Shown: positions 1 through 10,436, numbered from the stretch's first letter. The stretch is DNA of 64,000 nt from an uncultured Acidimicrobiales bacterium (GCA_963803845.1 CAWDNZ010000004.1:349309-413308), one strand, 5' to 3'. Notes: generated from the sequence alone by a model not told the origin. Translations and numbers: made by a program.

Positions 1-1
1 C

Positions 2-166
2 CTGCGCAGCCGGGCCGCTACCCGGATCAACCAGGCAACAACGGCCACCGCATCTCCCGACTCGCCCGATCCCACCTCTCTGCCGGCGCCCAAGACCACC
101 TTCACCGATGAAGAAGCGTTGGCCTGCAGCTTGGAGAACCCGGAGTCATGCGAAGCCTGTGATTAG
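2..166 (+). CDS. nrdA: Ribonucleotide reductase class Ia alpha subunit, 3' end (partial)
   Basis: Frame 2 reads LRSRAATRI...ACSLENPESCEACD*, the typical NrdA C-terminal Cys tail; it lies directly upstream of nrdB. Confidence 0.88.
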   Translation: MRSRAATRINQATTATASPDSPDPTSLPAPKTTFTDEEALACSLENPESCEACD

Positions 167-216
167 GCCCGCTCCCACTTTCGCCCGCCCCCAACCACCC
201 CTGGAGACACCCACTC

Positions 217-1302
217 ATGGCACTTGCTGAAACCTATTCCTACCTCGACGAAGAGCTCATCACCGAACCTTCCCCCAGTGCGCTGGCCCCCAAGGTCCGC
301 AAGAATATCCTGGACCCGGGCTTCGATCTGACCCTTCGGCCCATGCGCTACCCGGTCTTCTACGACATGTACCGAGATGCGATCAAGAACACCTGGACCG
401 TTGACGAGATCGACTTCTCCGATGACCTCACCGACCTCGACCGGCGTCTCATGCCCGCCGAACGTCACCTGGTGAGCCGGCTGGTGGCGTTCTTCGCCAC
501 GGGTGACTCGATCGTTTCCAACAATCTGGTCTTGAACCTCTACAAGCACATCAACGCCCCCGAGGCCAGGATGTATCTGAGCCGGCAGCTCTACGAAGAA
601 GCGCTGCATGTGCAGTTCTACCTCACTCTGCTGGACAACTACATCCCGGAAATGGCTGACCGAGAAGCCGCCTTCGATGCGGTGGAAAACATCCCCTCCA
701 TCAAGGCCAAAGCAGAGTTCTGCTTCAAGTGGATCGGCAGCATCGACACCCTCGACGAGATCCGGACCGATGAGGATCGCCGTTCATTCCTGCTCAACCT
801 AATCTGCTTCGCCACCTGCATCGAGGGCCTTTTCTTCTTTGCGGCATTCGCGTATGTCTACTTCCTCCGATCAAAGGGCCTTCTCAACGGTCTGGCCGAC
901 GGCACCAATTGGGTATTCCGTGACGAGAGCTGCCACATGAACTTCGCTCTCGAAGTGGTCGATACGGTCCGACGGGAACAGCCCGAATTGTTCGATGACC
1001 GGTTGGAAACCGACATCCGCAACATGTTGAAGGAGGCCATCGATGCCGAGCACCTGTTCGCCGCCGATGTGCTGGGCGAAGGCGTCCCCGGCATGAGCCT
1101 GCGGGACACTCGCACCTACCTCGAGTTCGTGGCCGACCAGCGCCTCGGCCAGCTCGGTTACGCCCCGGAGTATGGAGCGAAGAACCCGTTCTCGTTCATG
1201 GAACTCCAGGATGTACAGGGGTTGTCGAACTTCTTCGAACGGACCGTTTCCAGCTATCAGACCGGGATCGAGGGCGAAGTCGCCTTCGGGGAAGACTTTT
1301 AA
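217..1302 (+). CDS. nrdB: Ribonucleotide reductase beta subunit (diiron, Tyr radical)
   Basis: Motifs FFATGD, EEALHVQFY, IEGLFF, RDESCH, NFFERTVSSY; GGAG upstream of ATG. Confidence 0.95.
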   Translation: MALAETYSYLDEELITEPSPSALAPKVRKNILDPGFDLTLRPMRYPVFYDMYRDAIKNTWTVDEIDFSDDLTDLDRRLMPAERHLVSRLVAFFATGDSIVSNNLVLNLYKHINAPEARMYLSRQLYEEALHVQFYLTLLDNYIPEMADREAAFDAVENIPSIKAKAEFCFKWIGSIDTLDEIRTDEDRRSFLLNLICFATCIEGLFFFAAFAYVYFLRSKGLLNGLADGTNWVFRDESCHMNFALEVVDTVRREQPELFDDRLETDIRNMLKEAIDAEHLFAADVLGEGVPGMSLRDTRTYLEFVADQRLGQLGYAPEYGAKNPFSFMELQDVQGLSNFFERTVSSYQTGIEGEVAFGEDF

Positions 1303-1380
1303 CAGATCGGCGGAGTCGGAGGGTTGGTGCCTGGCACCGACCCTCCGACGCGGCGCAATCGAACGATGGGAGCCCGTTAG

Positions 1381-1596
1381 TCCGGGGCCGGTGGAACAGA
1401 GAAGCCCCGCGGTGCCGGCGGCCCTTCCGGTGCCGGCGGAACAGAGAAGTCACGCGGTGCCGGCGGCCCTTCCGGGGCCGGCGGAACAGAGAAGTCACGC
1501 GGTGCCGGCGGCCCTTCCGGTGCCGGCGGAACAGAAGAAGTCACGCGGTGCCGGCGGCCCTTCCGGGGCCGGCGGAACAGAGAAGTCACGCGGTGC
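1381..1596. repeat. 45-bp tandem repeat, about 4.8 copies
   Basis: Unit TCCGG(G/T)GCCGGCGGAACAGAGAAGTCACGCGGTGCCGGCGGCCCT starts at 1381, 1426, 1471, 1516 and 1562; one copy has an extra A. The minus strand encodes PPAPEGPPAPRDFSV. Confidence 0.95.
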
Positions 1597-2250
1597 GGGC
1601 CGAGCCGACGGCGGCTTGCGGAAGTTGGACCACTCCATGAGGTTGCTCACAGCGAAATAGCCAGCACCGAGAGCTACAAACACATAACCAACGAAGTAGG
1701 CGGCCACGCCTACTGGGATGGCGACCGCAGCCGACACCAACCGGGCCAGCTGGATCTGGTTCTTCTGCGTCAGGATGCTGACGCCTCGAAAGAAGATATT
1801 GCCGCCATCGAGCGGAAGGACCGGCAGGAGGTTCACCGCACCCCACAGAAGGTTGAACCACACCATGCTTCGAACCACCACGTCGGCCGTCCCGGTGAAG
1901 GTCCCCTGGCGGCTGAGCAAAAGGGCGGGCAAGCCCAGCCCAAAGATCTGGGTAAACGGCCCGGCCAAGGAGACCAGCAGGTCTTGCCCGTTGGTAAGCC
2001 GAGTGCCCTGGACAGGCATGGTGTAGCCGCCGAGCCCGTGTAGGACGATAGAGGATTCGAATCCGTAGCGGCGGAAGGCGAAGGCGTGCCCAAGTTCGTG
2101 CACCAGGATCGACGAGCCCACCGCGGCCACTATCGCCGCTCCTCGCACGTAGTCAGGAGAGAAGCTAGCCATCACCCATACGGCCAACAAACCAAAAAAG
2201 ATCTCGATTCGAATTCCAAATCCGAACAGCGAGAAATGGGAGGGCTTCAC
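1495..2250 (-). CDS. Site-2 protease (M50 family membrane metallopeptidase)
   Basis: HELGH and NLLPVLPLDG motifs with several TM segments; GTG start at 2250 chosen from TAGTGT-N7-GTG. Confidence 0.88.
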   Translation of the reverse strand: MKPSHFSLFGFGIRIEIFFGLLAVWVMASFSPDYVRGAAIVAAVGSSILVHELGHAFAFRRYGFESSIVLHGLGGYTMPVQGTRLTNGQDLLVSLAGPFTQIFGLGLPALLLSRQGTFTGTADVVVRSMVWFNLLWGAVNLLPVLPLDGGNIFFRGVSILTQKNQIQLARLVSAAVAIPVGVAAYFVGYVFVALGAGYFAVSNLMEWSNFRKPPSARPAPRDFSVPPAPEGPPAPRDFFCSAGTGRAAGTA

Positions 2251-2333
2251 CTCCTTGACACTATCGCGAGCCTCCGTTGTGCAGTTCTCGGGTGCGAACC
2301 ACCCGCTCACCGAGTGGTCAAGACCCAGTTCGC

Positions 2334-3149
2334 TCAGCGGACCTCGTTGACTTGATGGTTGGGCCAGGAATCGGCCGCACGGTGGAGGTGATAGTCGAAA
2401 CGCCGCGCGGTGGAGTGGTCGCCCATGGTGATCCGCGGCAGCCGTAGCGGGTCATCGCCGGCTACGACGCGCCCGTTGAGAAAGGTGAACGCTGCTCGAT
2501 ACCCGGCCAATTCGGCGCCAACCCGAACCCAGGCGTTGTGATGGCCGGAGGGATAGGCCAGCAGATCCACCGATTGTTCAGCGCCCACCGAGCGGAGGAG
2601 GTCTCGGAGTTTGACCCTGGACTCGCTGAGTTCCGACGCCAAGTCGGTGTCGGTCAGACCGGGGAGCGAACGATGGCTCCGCGTATGAGAGCCCACTGCG
2701 TGACCCGCCGCTACCCATTCGCCCAGTTGTTGGGCCGTCATAGTGGGCGGCATGCCGTCCCACCACGGCGGGACCACACCCAGATGATCGGCCACCACAA
2801 AAACGGTGGCGGGTGCCCCAGCTTGGGCAAGGACAGGCATCCCATTGGAATAGAGGCCACCGAGAGCGTCGTCGAAGGTGATGGCAGCTAACGGCGGCGC
2901 ATCGGGGGTCTCCATTGCTTCCACGAGTTGATCGACCGTCACGATGGTGTAGCCCGCCGCACGGACCTGGGCGATCTGTCGCGCCAGGTCGTCGGCACCA
3001 ACACTCATGCCCACCGATGCCTCCCCCGGGGCCAGCACATCGTGATACCCCAGCACCACATGCCCAGGACCCAACCGGTGCCGGGCCTTGGCGACCAAAG
3101 CGGAGAGCGGGCCCCGGAGCCGATCAGCCAATGGCCGATACACGATCAT
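2334..3149 (-). CDS. Polysaccharide deacetylase (NodB/CE4)
   Basis: LGYH, ITFDD, GSHTRSH, LAYPSG and LPRI motifs. Confidence 0.9.
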   Translation of the reverse strand: MIVYRPLADRLRGPLSALVAKARHRLGPGHVVLGYHDVLAPGEASVGMSVGADDLARQIAQVRAAGYTIVTVDQLVEAMETPDAPPLAAITFDDALGGLYSNGMPVLAQAGAPATVFVVADHLGVVPPWWDGMPPTMTAQQLGEWVAAGHAVGSHTRSHRSLPGLTDTDLASELSESRVKLRDLLRSVGAEQSVDLLAYPSGHHNAWVRVGAELAGYRAAFTFLNGRVVAGDDPLRLPRITMGDHSTARRFDYHLHRAADSWPNHQVNEVR

Positions 3150-4291
3150 GACGCCGCCCCGTGAAGCTCGACCGCTTCGCGCAGAACGGTGATCAAACGG
3201 TCCGCACCAACCGCAGCGGTATAGCGGGCGGCGAAGCGCTTGGCCCCGGCCCCACCCATTTGAGCAGCTCGATCCGGGCTGCTCATCAGCTCCTGCAACG
3301 CTGCTGCGAGGGCCACCGGGTCATCCGGTGGCACCAGCACACCGGTCACTCCGTGATCGATCATCTCCGGGACTGCGGCAACGTTGGCACCGACCACCGG
3401 CAGGCCGGCCGCCATCGCCTCGAGAACCGCGTTGGGCGCTTGGTCGATCGAGGATGGAAACGCGAAGATGCTGAGACCGGCGAGCAGTTCCCATAGCCGG
3501 TCATCGCCAGGGGAAAGATCATCTATGACTTCGATCCGATCGTGGGTAGCGGCAGCAACGGCGGCCAACGGGTCGGGGCTGATCAAGACCAGCGTGGCAT
3601 TCTGTGCCCCGAGCGACCGAAAAGCGTCCACCAACACCGGGCCGCCTTTGCGAACGAATTGACGACCGAGAAAGCCGATGCGGATCGAGCTCCCCGACAG
3701 CCGCCGCGGCAGCACCGGCGGTGGCGTGATCCCGAACGGGAACGCCCGGATCTTGGCGGCGCTGATCCCATAGTCGTCCTGCAAGCTGCGATTTGACCAT
3801 TCGCTGTTGGCTACGATCAGATCCGCTCTGTCGTACACCCGTTTTTCGATGGGTTTGGTGAGCCGGACGGTGAACGGGGTTCCCCGCCCCGGCGACCGGT
3901 ACGGAATCCGATAGGCGTTGAGCGCATTTGTGGTATCCAACGACACCACCGTGGGCACGGTGGCCAACATCTTGGTGCTGAGCAGCCCAGCATTTTGGGT
4001 GTAGACGTGGACCACATCCACCTCTCCCAGGTGGCGGGCGATGATAGGCCGAAGCCTGGCGCTCACTCCCAGCTGGCTCCGCAACGGCTGAAGATCCGCG
4101 TCGAGCGGGGCCAACCCAGGAATAGGGGCCCGCCACAACCGCCCAGCCAACCCGGGCGCCGGAGTCTCCACCCACACAGGGGCAATGTCTTGTCGTTCCG
4201 CGAACGCTTTGCGCAGGTGGAAGTGAACGGTCTCGTGGCCGCCGATGTTCTCGTTCACCATCAACACTCTTAACGGGTCGATCCTGGCCAC
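3146..4291 (-). CDS. Glycosyltransferase family 4
   Basis: RKGG, FPSSIDQAPNAVLEAMAAGLPVV, TGVLVPP; ATGA overlap with the deacetylase. Confidence 0.9.
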   Translation of the reverse strand: MARIDPLRVLMVNENIGGHETVHFHLRKAFAERQDIAPVWVETPAPGLAGRLWRAPIPGLAPLDADLQPLRSQLGVSARLRPIIARHLGEVDVVHVYTQNAGLLSTKMLATVPTVVSLDTTNALNAYRIPYRSPGRGTPFTVRLTKPIEKRVYDRADLIVANSEWSNRSLQDDYGISAAKIRAFPFGITPPPVLPRRLSGSSIRIGFLGRQFVRKGGPVLVDAFRSLGAQNATLVLISPDPLAAVAAATHDRIEVIDDLSPGDDRLWELLAGLSIFAFPSSIDQAPNAVLEAMAAGLPVVGANVAAVPEMIDHGVTGVLVPPDDPVALAAALQELMSSPDRAAQMGGAGAKRFAARYTAAVGADRLITVLREAVELHGAAS

Positions 4292-4377
4292 CGCACCACG
4301 CTAGGGGGCCTAGGAATCCGCCGCACCGGGGAATCCCGGAAAGGTTAACGGCTCGCCGGAAAGGCCGATAGGCCATC

Positions 4378-5277
4378 GTGCAGGGATCTTCCGAACTTGG
4401 AGCCGAAACCGAGCCCATACAGCAGGACACCTCTGCCGATGCCCTGGAGCGCCGCCGGCCAGAACCCGCTGCCGTGGAACAGGCCACCGAGACCTCGATC
4501 ACCACACCCTTCGCGGAGACCGCCGCCGGCGAAGCCATCGACGTCGGCGCCACCATTCTCGCCGAAGCCCGGTCGTTGCTGGCTGGTCGCCGGTTCCGTG
4601 ATGCCGCCCGTGTTCTGGAATCAGTTGAACGCCTCCGGCCCGATGATCCCGAAACGCTGTCGCTGATCGCCATAACCCACGCCCACCTGGGACGGAACCG
4701 GAAGCTGGTCCGTGAGGCCCTACGCCGGCTCAGCGACGAATTTGGCGATCGCTCCCTCACCTGGCGAACCGTGAGCGAGGTGGCACTGGCCCGATTCCAA
4801 TTCGACCCCGCCCAGCATGCGGCCCGGACCTCGGTGCAGATGGCGCCTCGATCGGTGAAGAACTGGCACGCTCTCGCAGCGGCATACGCCGGAAACGGTT
4901 GGTTTTCAGAGTCCGAGGCATGTATCGCCGAGGCCACCAGGATCGATCCGGTCGGACAATACGAACTGGGCAAGAGCGATGTGATTGGTTTCGGTCAATG
5001 GCAGGTAGGGCGAGCAGTGAACTACTGGGCCATGACTCGTACCTATGTTGCAGTTGCGGCGATGCTCGGATTTCTGCTCTTCGGGTTACTGGGCTTGGCG
5101 GTTGCGCTCTCCACACCCATGCTCGTTCGGGAAGTCCGAGTGCGAACCGCCCCGGAACCCTTCCGTACTCTGGCCGATCTTGTGTGGCGGGCCGAGCACC
5201 GGCTTCGACTCCTGAATGCCACAGTTGTGAGCGCTGTCCTCCTTCTGTGGCTTCTATTGTTTACCATCATGCGGTGA
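4378..5277 (+). CDS. TPR-like protein with C-terminal transmembrane helices
   Basis: Helical repeats (LRPDDPETL, MAPRSVKNWHALA, IDP) followed by hydrophobic segments. Confidence 0.6.
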   Translation: MQGSSELGAETEPIQQDTSADALERRRPEPAAVEQATETSITTPFAETAAGEAIDVGATILAEARSLLAGRRFRDAARVLESVERLRPDDPETLSLIAITHAHLGRNRKLVREALRRLSDEFGDRSLTWRTVSEVALARFQFDPAQHAARTSVQMAPRSVKNWHALAAAYAGNGWFSESEACIAEATRIDPVGQYELGKSDVIGFGQWQVGRAVNYWAMTRTYVAVAAMLGFLLFGLLGLAVALSTPMLVREVRVRTAPEPFRTLADLVWRAEHRLRLLNATVVSAVLLLWLLLFTIMR

Positions 5278-6047
5278 GCTCTCGTTCCCACCGTCCTCGT
5301 CCCTCTCCAATCCGGGCGGTCACCGGACTCCTTGCCATCGTGCTCGGGGCGGCAGCCTGCACGGGCTCCGGTTCTGAAGTGGTCACGGCGGACCCCACCA
5401 CCACGATCACCACGGCAGAAACCGTTGCTCCCACTGAGCCAGCCGTCTCCACCACGACCTCAACGACCGAATCGAGCCCGGCAACTCCCCCGGAATCCCT
5501 GCCGGGTGACCTGATCGAATTTGGGCCAGCCCAGGGCGATCAGCTCGATGTCGTTGGCGTGGCGTTCGACGACGTGCTCAACGTCCGCATTGCCCCCGGG
5601 ACCGATTTCGAAATCATCGGGACCCTGGACCCCGACACCACCGGCGTTACCGCCACTGGGCACAACCGGTTACTGCCCAACTCGTTCTGGGTGGAAGTGG
5701 AGTTCGAAGCTCAGCTGGGATGGGTGAACGAGTCGTTTGTGGGGTATCTCGGGTCCAGTCGGGCCCTCGAACCCTCAATTCCCGCCGCCAATGCCACGGC
5801 GTTGGAAATGGCCCAACTGGTCGCGCAGGCGGCGGCATCGGTAGACCCACCCAGCACGATCACCGTGGCCGCCCAGCCACTCGACGACGTGGTGATCATG
5901 GACGTAATCGGACTTGGTGACGATGCCGCCAAGGGGTTTCGCCTCACCGTCACCACGGTGGAGACGGCCGGTAAGCGATCGGTGACCGCTGTGGATGAAC
6001 AGATCATCTGCAGTCGCGGCAAAACCGCCGAAGGCCTCTGCGTCTGA
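5274..6047 (+). CDS. Lipoprotein with Thr-rich linker and bacterial SH3-like domain
   Basis: GTG overlaps the upstream TGA; lipobox LGAAAC; DDVLNVRIAPG...WVEV...GWVN. Confidence 0.75.
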   Translation: MSSRSHRPRPSPIRAVTGLLAIVLGAAACTGSGSEVVTADPTTTITTAETVAPTEPAVSTTTSTTESSPATPPESLPGDLIEFGPAQGDQLDVVGVAFDDVLNVRIAPGTDFEIIGTLDPDTTGVTATGHNRLLPNSFWVEVEFEAQLGWVNESFVGYLGSSRALEPSIPAANATALEMAQLVAQAAASVDPPSTITVAAQPLDDVVIMDVIGLGDDAAKGFRLTVTTVETAGKRSVTAVDEQIICSRGKTAEGLCV

Positions 6048-6077
6048 TCCGGGGTCACACCAGCTATCGGGCGATGG

Positions 6078-7634
6078 TTATTCCCACTCGATCGTGCCCG
6101 GCGGTTTGCTGGTGATGTCATAGGCCACCCGATTGACGCCATCCACCTCGTTGATGATGCGGTTGCTCATCTTCTCCAGCAGCTCATAGGGCAGTCGAGC
6201 CCAGTCTGCGGTCATGGCATCGTCGGAGGTAACGGCCCGAATAATGATGGGTCGGGCGTAGGTCCGTTCGTCACCCATCACACCGACGGAACGGATGTCA
6301 GCCAGGACTGCGAAGTACTGCCACACCTCGCGTTCCAGACCGGACCCAATGATTTCCTCCCGGACGATCGCATCAGCGTTCTGCAGAATCGCAACGGTCT
6401 CGGGCGTGACCTCACCGATGATCCGCACACCAAGCCCGGGCCCGGGGAAGGGTTGCCGCCACACGATTTCGTCGGGCAATCCCAGTTCGGTACCCACGGC
6501 CCGAACCTCATCTTTGAAAAGGTTGCGAAGCGGCTCGACGAGATCGAACTCCAGATCGTCAGGCAGGCCACCAACGTTGTGATGGCTCTTGATCTTGGCA
6601 GCGGTGTCGCTGCCGGATTCGATTACGTCAGGGTAGAGCGTTCCTTGGACCAGGAACTTGGCATCTTCAACTTCGAGTTGGGCTTGTTCGAAGACGCGAA
6701 TGAACTGCGAGCCGATCACTTTGCGTTTCGCCTCCGGCTCGGTTACGCCGTCGAGATGCTTGAAGAAGCGATCAGCGGCATCAACGTGAACGAGCCGCAC
6801 ACCCTGGGACCGTTCGAAGGAATCGACCACCTGATCGGATTCGCCCGCTCTCATGAGCCCGGTGTCTACATAGACGCACGTGAGCCGGTCACCGATCGCT
6901 CGGTGCACAAGGGCCGCAGCGACCGCAGAGTCCACTCCGCCCGAGAGTCCGCAGATGGCACGGCCATCGGAACCAACTTGATCTCGAATGGCAGCGATGG
7001 ACTCATCGATCACCGATGCCATGGTCCACGTTGGCTCGCAGCCAGCCAGGTCCAGCAGGAATCGCTTCAGGACCTGCTGACCGTGTTCGGAATGTTTCAC
7101 CTCGGGATGATGCTGCACGCCGTAGATCGCCCGCTCCCGGCATTCCAGGGCGGCAACCGGCGAGTTGGGCGACATAGCCACGGCCGTGAACCCGTCGGGA
7201 ACTTCGGTCACCGCATCGAAATGGCTCATCCATACCGTGAAGTCTTCGGGAAGCTCGCCCAACAAGGCACCGCCGCCCGCCGACTTACTCAACGCGGTTC
7301 GGCCATACTCGCCCCGCTCGTTCCGGCCAACCGTTCCGCCCAGCTGGTGGGCGATGAGCTGGGCACCGTAACAGATGCCGAGGATCGGAATCCCTAGATC
7401 GAAGATCTCGGGATCCAAACGAGGAGCGCCTTCCACGTGAACAGACATCGGCCCGCCGGAGAGGATGATCGCAGCCGGCTTCATCTCGGCGATCTTTGCG
7501 GGGCTGAGATCATGGTGGATGATCTCGGAATAGACGTTGCATTCGCGTACTCGACGGGCGATCAGCTGCGCGTATTGAGCGCCGAAGTCGACCACGAGGA
7601 CAACCTGATCGGGATGGGCGACCGCGGTGCTCAT
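6078..7634 (-). CDS. guaA: GMP synthase (glutamine-hydrolysing)
   Basis: [42 protein letters not shown]. Confidence 0.98.
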   Translation of the reverse strand: MSTAVAHPDQVVLVVDFGAQYAQLIARRVRECNVYSEIIHHDLSPAKIAEMKPAAIILSGGPMSVHVEGAPRLDPEIFDLGIPILGICYGAQLIAHQLGGTVGRNERGEYGRTALSKSAGGGALLGELPEDFTVWMSHFDAVTEVPDGFTAVAMSPNSPVAALECRERAIYGVQHHPEVKHSEHGQQVLKRFLLDLAGCEPTWTMASVIDESIAAIRDQVGSDGRAICGLSGGVDSAVAAALVHRAIGDRLTCVYVDTGLMRAGESDQVVDSFERSQGVRLVHVDAADRFFKHLDGVTEPEAKRKVIGSQFIRVFEQAQLEVEDAKFLVQGTLYPDVIESGSDTAAKIKSHHNVGGLPDDLEFDLVEPLRNLFKDEVRAVGTELGLPDEIVWRQPFPGPGLGVRIIGEVTPETVAILQNADAIVREEIIGSGLEREVWQYFAVLADIRSVGVMGDERTYARPIIIRAVTSDDAMTADWARLPYELLEKMSNRIINEVDGVNRVAYDITSKPPGTIEWE

Positions 7635-8737
7635 GGCCGCACCGAGAGTTCAGCGGTCTGGAGTTCTTTCACGGTCTCGTAGCCGAGACTGGCCATGGTC
7701 TGCCGGAGAGCACCGAAGACGTTGGTTCGTCCGTCGGCAGTTACGGCGGGACCGGTGAGGACCTCCTCCAGCGTTCCCGCCGTGGGAGCGGGGAGAACAA
7801 GGCCCTGGGGAAGCGTGGGGTGTGCCACCGAGCGAGCCCAGTGGTGTCCGTGACCGGGGGCGGAATCTGCGCCGGCCAGCAGGGAGCCCAACATCACGGC
7901 GTCGGCACCGACTGCGATTGCTTTGGCGATGTCGCCGCCGGAACGAAGTCCGCCGTCGGCCACGATGTGAACGTACACGCCGGTTTCATCCAGGTGCCGC
8001 ATCCGTGCAGCCCGGACATCGGCGATTGCCGTTGCCTGGGGCGCACCCAATCCGGTAACACGCCGGCTGGTGGTGGCCTCACCTGTGTCGACCCCCACCA
8101 GAACGCCAGCCGCGCCGGTTCGCATGAGATGTAGCGCTGCGGAATAACTGGCACAGCCGCCCACCACAACCGGTGTTTCCAGCTGACGGACGAATTGTTT
8201 GAGATTCAAGGGTTCTGGCCGGGCGCTCACATGTTCGGCCGAGGTGACCGTGCCCGAAATGACCAACAGGTCCAGTTCGGCCTTCATGAGGGTGTCCGCC
8301 ATCTCCGCCACATGTTTGGGGCTCACGGCACCAGCGGCGTAGACGCCGCCCGCCCGAACTTCCTTGATCCGCTGAGTGACGAGATCGGGGTCGACCGGCG
8401 TTCCGTACCATTCTCGTAGCAGTGGGAGAGCAGCGGCCGAGCTGAGACCCTCCAACCGGCCCAACATGTCACCGGCGTCTTCGTGGCGGGTCCAGAGTCC
8501 TTCAAGGTCCAACACGCCGAGGCCACCGGCCTGAGAAATGGCAATTGCCTGGTCTGGACTGGTGACCGAGTCCATGGCGGCGGCCATGAACGGAAGCTCG
8601 AATCGGTAGGCATCGATCTGCCAGGACAGGTCCACCAATTCGGGATCTCTGGTGCGACGGGTGGGGTTCAGGCAGAGCTGGTCCAGCGAGTAGCCCGCCC
8701 TGGCGGTCTTTCCCATACCTATTTCAAGGTTGGCCAC
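7631..8737 (-). CDS. guaB3: GuaB3-family IMP dehydrogenase-related protein
   Basis: [44 protein letters not shown]; no catalytic Cys; translationally coupled to guaA. Confidence 0.88.
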   Translation of the reverse strand: MANLEIGMGKTARAGYSLDQLCLNPTRRTRDPELVDLSWQIDAYRFELPFMAAAMDSVTSPDQAIAISQAGGLGVLDLEGLWTRHEDAGDMLGRLEGLSSAAALPLLREWYGTPVDPDLVTQRIKEVRAGGVYAAGAVSPKHVAEMADTLMKAELDLLVISGTVTSAEHVSARPEPLNLKQFVRQLETPVVVGGCASYSAALHLMRTGAAGVLVGVDTGEATTSRRVTGLGAPQATAIADVRAARMRHLDETGVYVHIVADGGLRSGGDIAKAIAVGADAVMLGSLLAGADSAPGHGHHWARSVAHPTLPQGLVLPAPTAGTLEEVLTGPAVTADGRTNVFGALRQTMASLGYETVKELQTAELSVRP

Positions 8738-8803
8738 ATCATCTCCTCAGAGCCGGGTGAAGCTAGCAGGCTAGTCCCACTTGGCCCGTCCCATGCGGGT
8801 TCG

Positions 8804-9553
8804 CTAGTGAACAATGGATGGCGTGTGGCCGGCAAGGATGTCTTGTTCGATGGCGTTCAGCTGATCCGCAGGCGCAAGTCCTACACCGGCGAGTTCGTCA
8901 CGAAGCCGGGTGCACGCCCGAAGGGCCTCAACCCGACGGCCGCACTTAGCCAGCGCAGCGATCAACAGATACCAGAGGTGTTCCCGGTAAGGGTTTTCCT
9001 CCACGGCACTTTCAAGTTCGCCGACCGCCAACTCGTGGTTTCCCATGGCCAAGTCGGCCTCGAGGCTGAGTTCCATTGCAAGCAGCCGCAACTCGTCCAG
9101 ACGGTACGCCTCAAGCCGGAACGCCTCGTGGTCAGCGAGATCCCCGAACGGTCGCCCCCGCCAGAGAGCCAACGCCTCTCGACAGGTGCGCTGACAACGC
9201 TCGGGATATCCCCGTGATTCGGTAGCGGCATTCACCAACCGTTCGAACACAAGCGCATCGATGTTCTCCACATCAGCGACCAGTTCATAGGAGTCATCGA
9301 GCCGCACGATCGCTTCGGCACCGAGTAGATGGCGCAAGTGTGAGACATACGATTGAAGAGTGCTGTAGGCCGAGGCGGGCGGATGGTCCGCCCACAGCAC
9401 CTCATAGAGATGGTCCATCGGGACGGCGTGGTCAGCTCCTATGGCGAGCGCTCCCAGCAGAGCGCGGGCCTGCCGCCCACCAACCGAAACGGGTCCAGAC
9501 GGTAGGAGTACGTCGATCGGTCCAAGCACACGAACCGTGTAGTCGTTCTGCAT
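8804..9553 (-). CDS. SARP/AfsR-family transcriptional activator (OmpR-type wHTH plus BTAD)
   Basis: RVLGP, LQSYVSHLR, ALALWRGRPF, PYREHLW, GRRVEALR. Confidence 0.92.
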   Translation of the reverse strand: MQNDYTVRVLGPIDVLLPSGPVSVGGRQARALLGALAIGADHAVPMDHLYEVLWADHPPASAYSTLQSYVSHLRHLLGAEAIVRLDDSYELVADVENIDALVFERLVNAATESRGYPERCQRTCREALALWRGRPFGDLADHEAFRLEAYRLDELRLLAMELSLEADLAMGNHELAVGELESAVEENPYREHLWYLLIAALAKCGRRVEALRACTRLRDELAGVGLAPADQLNAIEQDILAGHTPSIVH

Positions 9554-9567
9554 GAGGCCTCACCTCT

Positions 9568-9598
9568 GCTTCAAGTGTCCTCCATGTGGCCTCCATGT
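9568..9598. promoter_or_regulatory. Direct repeats at 11-bp period, putative SARP operator
   Basis: GCTTCAAGT (9568), CCTCCATGT (9579), CCTCCATGT (9590) lie between the divergent SARP gene and 9710 gene. Confidence 0.6.
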
Positions 9599-9709
9599 CC
9601 AGTGCCAGAGGACCCACAGTTCGGGTACAGACCCAGGAGCAAGAGCGTTCAAGCGATCAGCGGATAATACGAGCAAGAAAGAAGCGAAGACAGCCGAAAG
9701 GAGCATGAG

Positions 9710-10384
9710 ATGAGCAAACTCTATGAACGAGAGAACCTAGATCGGGAGGCGGTCAAAGACCTTCCCGAGACGCACGAAGTTCTTCCCGAACTTCCTACCG
9801 ATGTCACCATCCCTGATGATGTAAGCGGGATCACACACCCCATGCGGGCCGGCGGCGGTCGCGCAGCGTCTGGCATTCGCTGGATGCGGTGGATGCCCGC
9901 AGTCCTCCTGCTGGTGGCTGGGGCAGTGGCCCTTGGTTTGGTATTGCGTGGTGACAACACCGACACGGTGGCAAGCGAGCCGTGGGTAACCATCACTGAA
10001 GGACCGGGATCGAACTCGCTGGCAGCCGCCCCTTTTGAAGGAGTGGTGATCGACGTAGTCCCTGGCTACACAACGGTCGAGCCAACGGAATGGGCAACCG
10101 TTCGGTACGGACCGGCATCTAACTCACTTGCCGCCACCCCAGTGGCGACCCTGATCCCATGGACCACCCCCACCGAAGGACCGGGATCTAACTCGCTGGC
10201 ACCCACCTCTTTTGAAGGAGTGGTGATCGACGTAGTCCCTAGCTACACAACGGTCGAGCCAACGGAATGGGCAACCGTTCGTTACGGACCGGGATCTAAC
10301 TCACTTGCCGCCACCCCAGTGGCGACCCTGATCCCATGGACCACACCCACCGAAGGACCGGGATCCAACTCACTCGCCCCGTGA
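9710..10384 (+). CDS. Single-pass membrane protein with five GP(G/A)SNSLA motifs
   Basis: AGGAG RBS; acidic N-terminus, one TM helix, then a 59-aa tandem repeat. Confidence 0.8.
   Translation: MSKLYERENLDREAVKDLPETHEVLPELPTDVTIPDDVSGITHPMRAGGGRAASGIRWMRWMPAVLLLVAGAVALGLVLRGDNTDTVASEPWVTITEGPGSNSLAAAPFEGVVIDVVPGYTTVEPTEWATVRYGPASNSLAATPVATLIPWTTPTEGPGSNSLAPTSFEGVVIDVVPSYTTVEPTEWATVRYGPGSNSLAATPVATLIPWTTPTEGPGSNSLAP
9995..10380 (+). repeat. 177-bp intragenic tandem repeat (about 2.2 copies)
   Basis: AC(T/C)GAAGGACCGGGATC recurs at 9995, 10172 and 10349. Confidence 0.92.
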
Positions 10385-10404
10385 ACACCGAGTAAGACAT
10401 CCAG

Positions 10405-10436
10405 AACACGTGCTCTCGCCGGGCACGTGTTTTGTT
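10405..10436 (+). terminator. Intrinsic terminator hairpin
   Basis: AACACGTGCTC-TCGCC-GGGCACGTGTT followed by TTGTT, 20 nt after the stop at 10384. Confidence 0.65.

Noticed and set aside
3519-4973. Long overlapping ORFs such as 3519-4973, 6453-7397, 12758-13774, 25632-26855, 34940-36157, 37069-37986, 56263-57258 and 60883-61872
   Set aside because: They are shadow frames of well-supported genes in high-GC DNA, with no motifs.
6040-6120. Genomic island integrated at the guaA 3' end
   Set aside because: This is a known hotspot, but I saw no integrase and no duplicated guaA 3' end in the window.
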